DNA from: Planctomycetota bacterium
Lineage (GTDB): Bacteria > Planctomycetota > SZUA-567 > H5-PLA8
Direction: 5' to 3'
NCBI GenBank assembly: GCA_045863855.1
Contig: BTVV01000073.1
Span: forward strand, 1-30,413
Length of the DNA stretch: 30,413 bases
In this document: piece after piece, positions 27,897-30,413 of the stretch
Position numbering within the stretch: position 1 is the stretch's first letter
How the letters are laid out: each line of letters begins with the position of its first letter
Made by a program: the position numbers and the translations under genes
The notes under the pieces: model-generated
Seen by the model: only the letters and a program-made list of their open reading frames with translations
What the model was told of the DNA's origin: nothing
The model's database searches: none

Positions 27897-29195
27897 TCAG
27901 CTGCTTGGCGGAGCCGGCTCCTTACTTTGGTTCTGCGTCGCGCGATCTTCGTGCAGAGACTTCAAGTTCCAGAGTATCGGCCAAAGCGCACGGACGCCCA
28001 GCACTACCAGGATGGTACCGATCCCCCCGCTTACCACCGAAGCGACCGTGCCGAAATGGTGCGCCACCAGCCCGGACTCGAATTCGCCCAGTTCATTGGA
28101 GGCGCTGATGAAAATGCTGTTCACCGCCGAGACGCGCCCGCGCATCTCGTCGGGGGTGCGCAGCGTGATCAGCGTGTGCCGGACCACTACGCTTACGTTA
28201 TCCAGCACGCCTGTGACGAACAGCATCGCCAGCGAGAGCGCAAAGGAGGTCGAGAGGCCGAAGATCACCGTGGCTGCGCCGAAGCCGGCCACCGACCAGA
28301 GCAACACCCGGCCCGCGTGTTTCATCGGTGGGCGATGGGCCAGAGTCAATGCCATGACCAAGGCTCCCACCGCGGGAGCGGCGCGCAGCCAGCCCAATCC
28401 CGAAGCGCCAACGTCCAGAATATCCTTGGCGTAGATGGGGAGCAGAGCCGTGGCGCCGCCAAGCAGCACCGCGAAAAGGTCCAGTGTGATGGCCGCGAAG
28501 ACCAACCGCGAACTCCAGACGAACTTCAGTCCGCCGACCAAGCTGGCCAAGCTGAGGGTTTCGCGCGACGCGCCTCGTGACGGCACGCGCAATGCAAGAA
28601 GGCAGCTCAGATTGATGAGTGTGGTCAGCGAGTCGGTGGCGTAAACGAAACCCGCGCCGCCTAGTTGTGCGATAATGAGCCCGCCCAGCGCCGGACCCAG
28701 CACCGTGGCCAACTGAAATCCGCTGCTGTTCCAGGTAACCGCATTGGCGAAGTGCTCGGCCGGGACCAGCAAGGGCATGAGCGCGCCTCGCGCGGGCGCG
28801 CCAAAGGCGCGCGCCGTCCCGAGTGCGAACAGCGCCGCATAGTACTGATCCACCGGGCCGCCGGTGAACGAGAGGTAAGTGAGCGAGACGGAGGCCGCCA
28901 AGCGCAGGATCTGCGCGCCGACCAGCACCGCTCGGCGGTTGTACCGGTCGGCGACGTGACCCGCGGGCAACGAGAAGGCAAGGATCGGGATCACCAGCAC
29001 GAGGCCGATCAGGCCCAGGCTCCATGCTTCGCCGGTGCGGTCGTAAAGCTCCCAACCCACCGCCATGCCCAGCATTTGCGCGCCGGTGGCGGAAAGGACT
29101 CCGCCGCCGAAGAGGAGGCGGAAGTTTGGGAATCGCAGCGCGGCGTAGGGATCGTGCGGAGCGGGGGGCGGGGAAGCGGCTTCGGGTTCGGCCAC
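27897..29195 (-). CDS. MFS transporter (DHA3/EntS-like)
   Basis: About 12 hydrophobic segments; motif A GHVADRYNRR; LDLFAVLLGGATALLPIYAKDIL; TPDEMRGRVSAVNSIFI.ASNELG.FESG. Confidence 0.93.
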   Translation of the reverse strand: MAEPEAASPPPAPHDPYAALRFPNFRLLFGGGVLSATGAQMLGMAVGWELYDRTGEAWSLGLIGLVLVIPILAFSLPAGHVADRYNRRAVLVGAQILRLAASVSLTYLSFTGGPVDQYYAALFALGTARAFGAPARGALMPLLVPAEHFANAVTWNSSGFQLATVLGPALGGLIIAQLGGAGFVYATDSLTTLINLSCLLALRVPSRGASRETLSLASLVGGLKFVWSSRLVFAAITLDLFAVLLGGATALLPIYAKDILDVGASGLGWLRAAPAVGALVMALTLAHRPPMKHAGRVLLWSVAGFGAATVIFGLSTSFALSLAMLFVTGVLDNVSVVVRHTLITLRTPDEMRGRVSAVNSIFISASNELGEFESGLVAHHFGTVASVVSGGIGTILVVLGVRALWPILWNLKSLHEDRATQNQSKEPAPPSS

Positions 29196-29206
29196 GGTAG
29201 ATTGGG

Positions 29207-30413
29207 CTAACTCCCCCTCAGTTTCTGGAGCTTCTGTTCCAATATCGGGCGGATCACTTGCGGGTTGCCTTGTCCTTTAAGCGCTTTCATGCAGCGCCCG
29301 AAGAGCGCGTTGACCACCGCGTCTTTGCCGCTTATGTAATCCGCGACCAGCTTCGCTTCGCCGGCCAGAACGCCGTCGATCGCAAGCTCGATCGCTCCCG
29401 AGTCGCTTACCTGCGCCAGGCCTTGCTCCTGAACGATCGCTCCGGCCGCCTTAGCGCCTTTGGCGTCGAGCATTGCGGGAAAGACTTTATCCTTCGCCGT
29501 CGCGCGGTTAATGGTTCCGGCGTCAACCAGCTTCAATAGTTCCGCGCACTGCACCGGCGTCACGCCGCTCGATTCGATGGAAAGCTTGCGGTCGTTCAGC
29601 ACCGACTGGCTGTCGCTGATGATCCAGTTCGCCGCGGCCTTAGGGGCGGAGCCGGCTTGCACCATGGCGTCGAGGTAATCCCCAAGGTGCCGGTAATCGA
29701 TAAGGGTTTGCGCATCATTCGGCGCAAGCTGGTACGCTTCGATGAATCGAGCCAGCCGCGCTTCGGGCAGTTCGGTGATGGTCCCACGCGCGCGCGCGAT
29801 CTGCGCTTCGGTCAGCGTCACCGGGGGCAAGTCCGGTTCGGGGAAGTAGCGGTAGTCGCTGGCCTCTTCCTTCGCGCGCAGCGTGCGCAGCTCGCCCGTC
29901 TGCCCGTTGAAGAGCCGCGTCGACTGAATTACCGTGCCGCCTTCGCGGTAAATGCGCTTCTGGTCATCGATTTCTTTAATGATCGCGGATTCCACGAAGC
30001 GAAAGCTGTTCATGTTCTTGATTTCGCGCCGCGTGTTGAACGCCCCCTGCTCGCGCGGGCGGATCGAAACGTTCGCGTCGCAGCGCAGCGAACCTTCTTG
30101 CATGTTGCAATCGCAGACGTCGAGGTATTCCAGTACCTTGGCGATGGCTTCCATATAGGCGCGCGCTTCGGCGGGCGTGCGCAGATCCGGTTCGCTCACG
30201 ATCTCGATCAGAGGCGTCCCCGCGCGATTCAGGTCCACGCCGCTGCCGCCGGCGTGTTCTTCGTGCAGGAGCTTGCCCGCGTCTTCTTCTAGATGGACGC
30301 GTGTAATTCCGATGCGCTTGGTCGCGCCATCCAATTCGATGTCGAGCCAGCCCTGCGTCGCGAAGGGCAGGTCGTACTGGCTGATCTGGTAGTTCTTGGG
30401 CAAGTCGGGGTAG
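29207..30413 (-). CDS. gatB: Asp-tRNA(Asn)/Glu-tRNA(Gln) amidotransferase subunit B, 5' part outside the window
   Basis: YPDLPKNYQISQY, HLEEDAGK, DLNRAGTPLIEIVSEPD, MQEGSLRCDANVS, EIKNMNSF, KEEASDYRYFPEPDL. Confidence 0.98.
   Translation of the reverse strand, partial: YPDLPKNYQISQYDLPFATQGWLDIELDGATKRIGITRVHLEEDAGKLLHEEHAGGSGVDLNRAGTPLIEIVSEPDLRTPAEARAYMEAIAKVLEYLDVCDCNMQEGSLRCDANVSIRPREQGAFNTRREIKNMNSFRFVESAIIKEIDDQKRIYREGGTVIQSTRLFNGQTGELRTLRAKEEASDYRYFPEPDLPPVTLTEAQIARARGTITELPEARLARFIEAYQLAPNDAQTLIDYRHLGDYLDAMVQAGSAPKAAANWIISDSQSVLNDRKLSIESSGVTPVQCAELLKLVDAGTINRATAKDKVFPAMLDAKGAKAAGAIVQEQGLAQVSDSGAIELAIDGVLAGEAKLVADYISGKDAVVNALFGRCMKALKGQGNPQVIRPILEQKLQKLRGS

Overview
GC-rich bacterial chromosomal window of mostly housekeeping and signalling genes. 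The host is diderm (waaA present). The eukaryotic-like Ser/Thr kinases and the membrane vWA/GATase-like protein suggest Planctomycetota, which is an inference. Order: 3' end of a USP-domain gene; an A1-type cytochrome c oxidase operon (subunits II, I, two III paralogues, IV) ending in a small exported CxxC membrane protein; a tartrate/D-malate dehydrogenase-family gene flanked by heptamer repeats; aroK; trxA and a terminator; a CopA-like P1B ATPase with many altered motifs; glcD-glcE (no glcF) plus a membrane TPR gene; waaA; two Ser/Thr kinases and a PP2C phosphatase; a low-GC methyltransferase; a ROK kinase; a GmhA-like SIS protein; an orphan ABC ATPase; a doubly anchored TAXI-type binding protein; then, on the minus strand, a methyltransferase, a vWA protein, an MFS transporter and partial gatB. 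I saw no rRNA, tRNA, CRISPR array or mobile element. The best leads for new biology are the atypical ATPase, the kinase-kinase-phosphatase module, the CxxC protein and the TAXI receptor-like protein. All calls come from motifs read by eye, with no database search.
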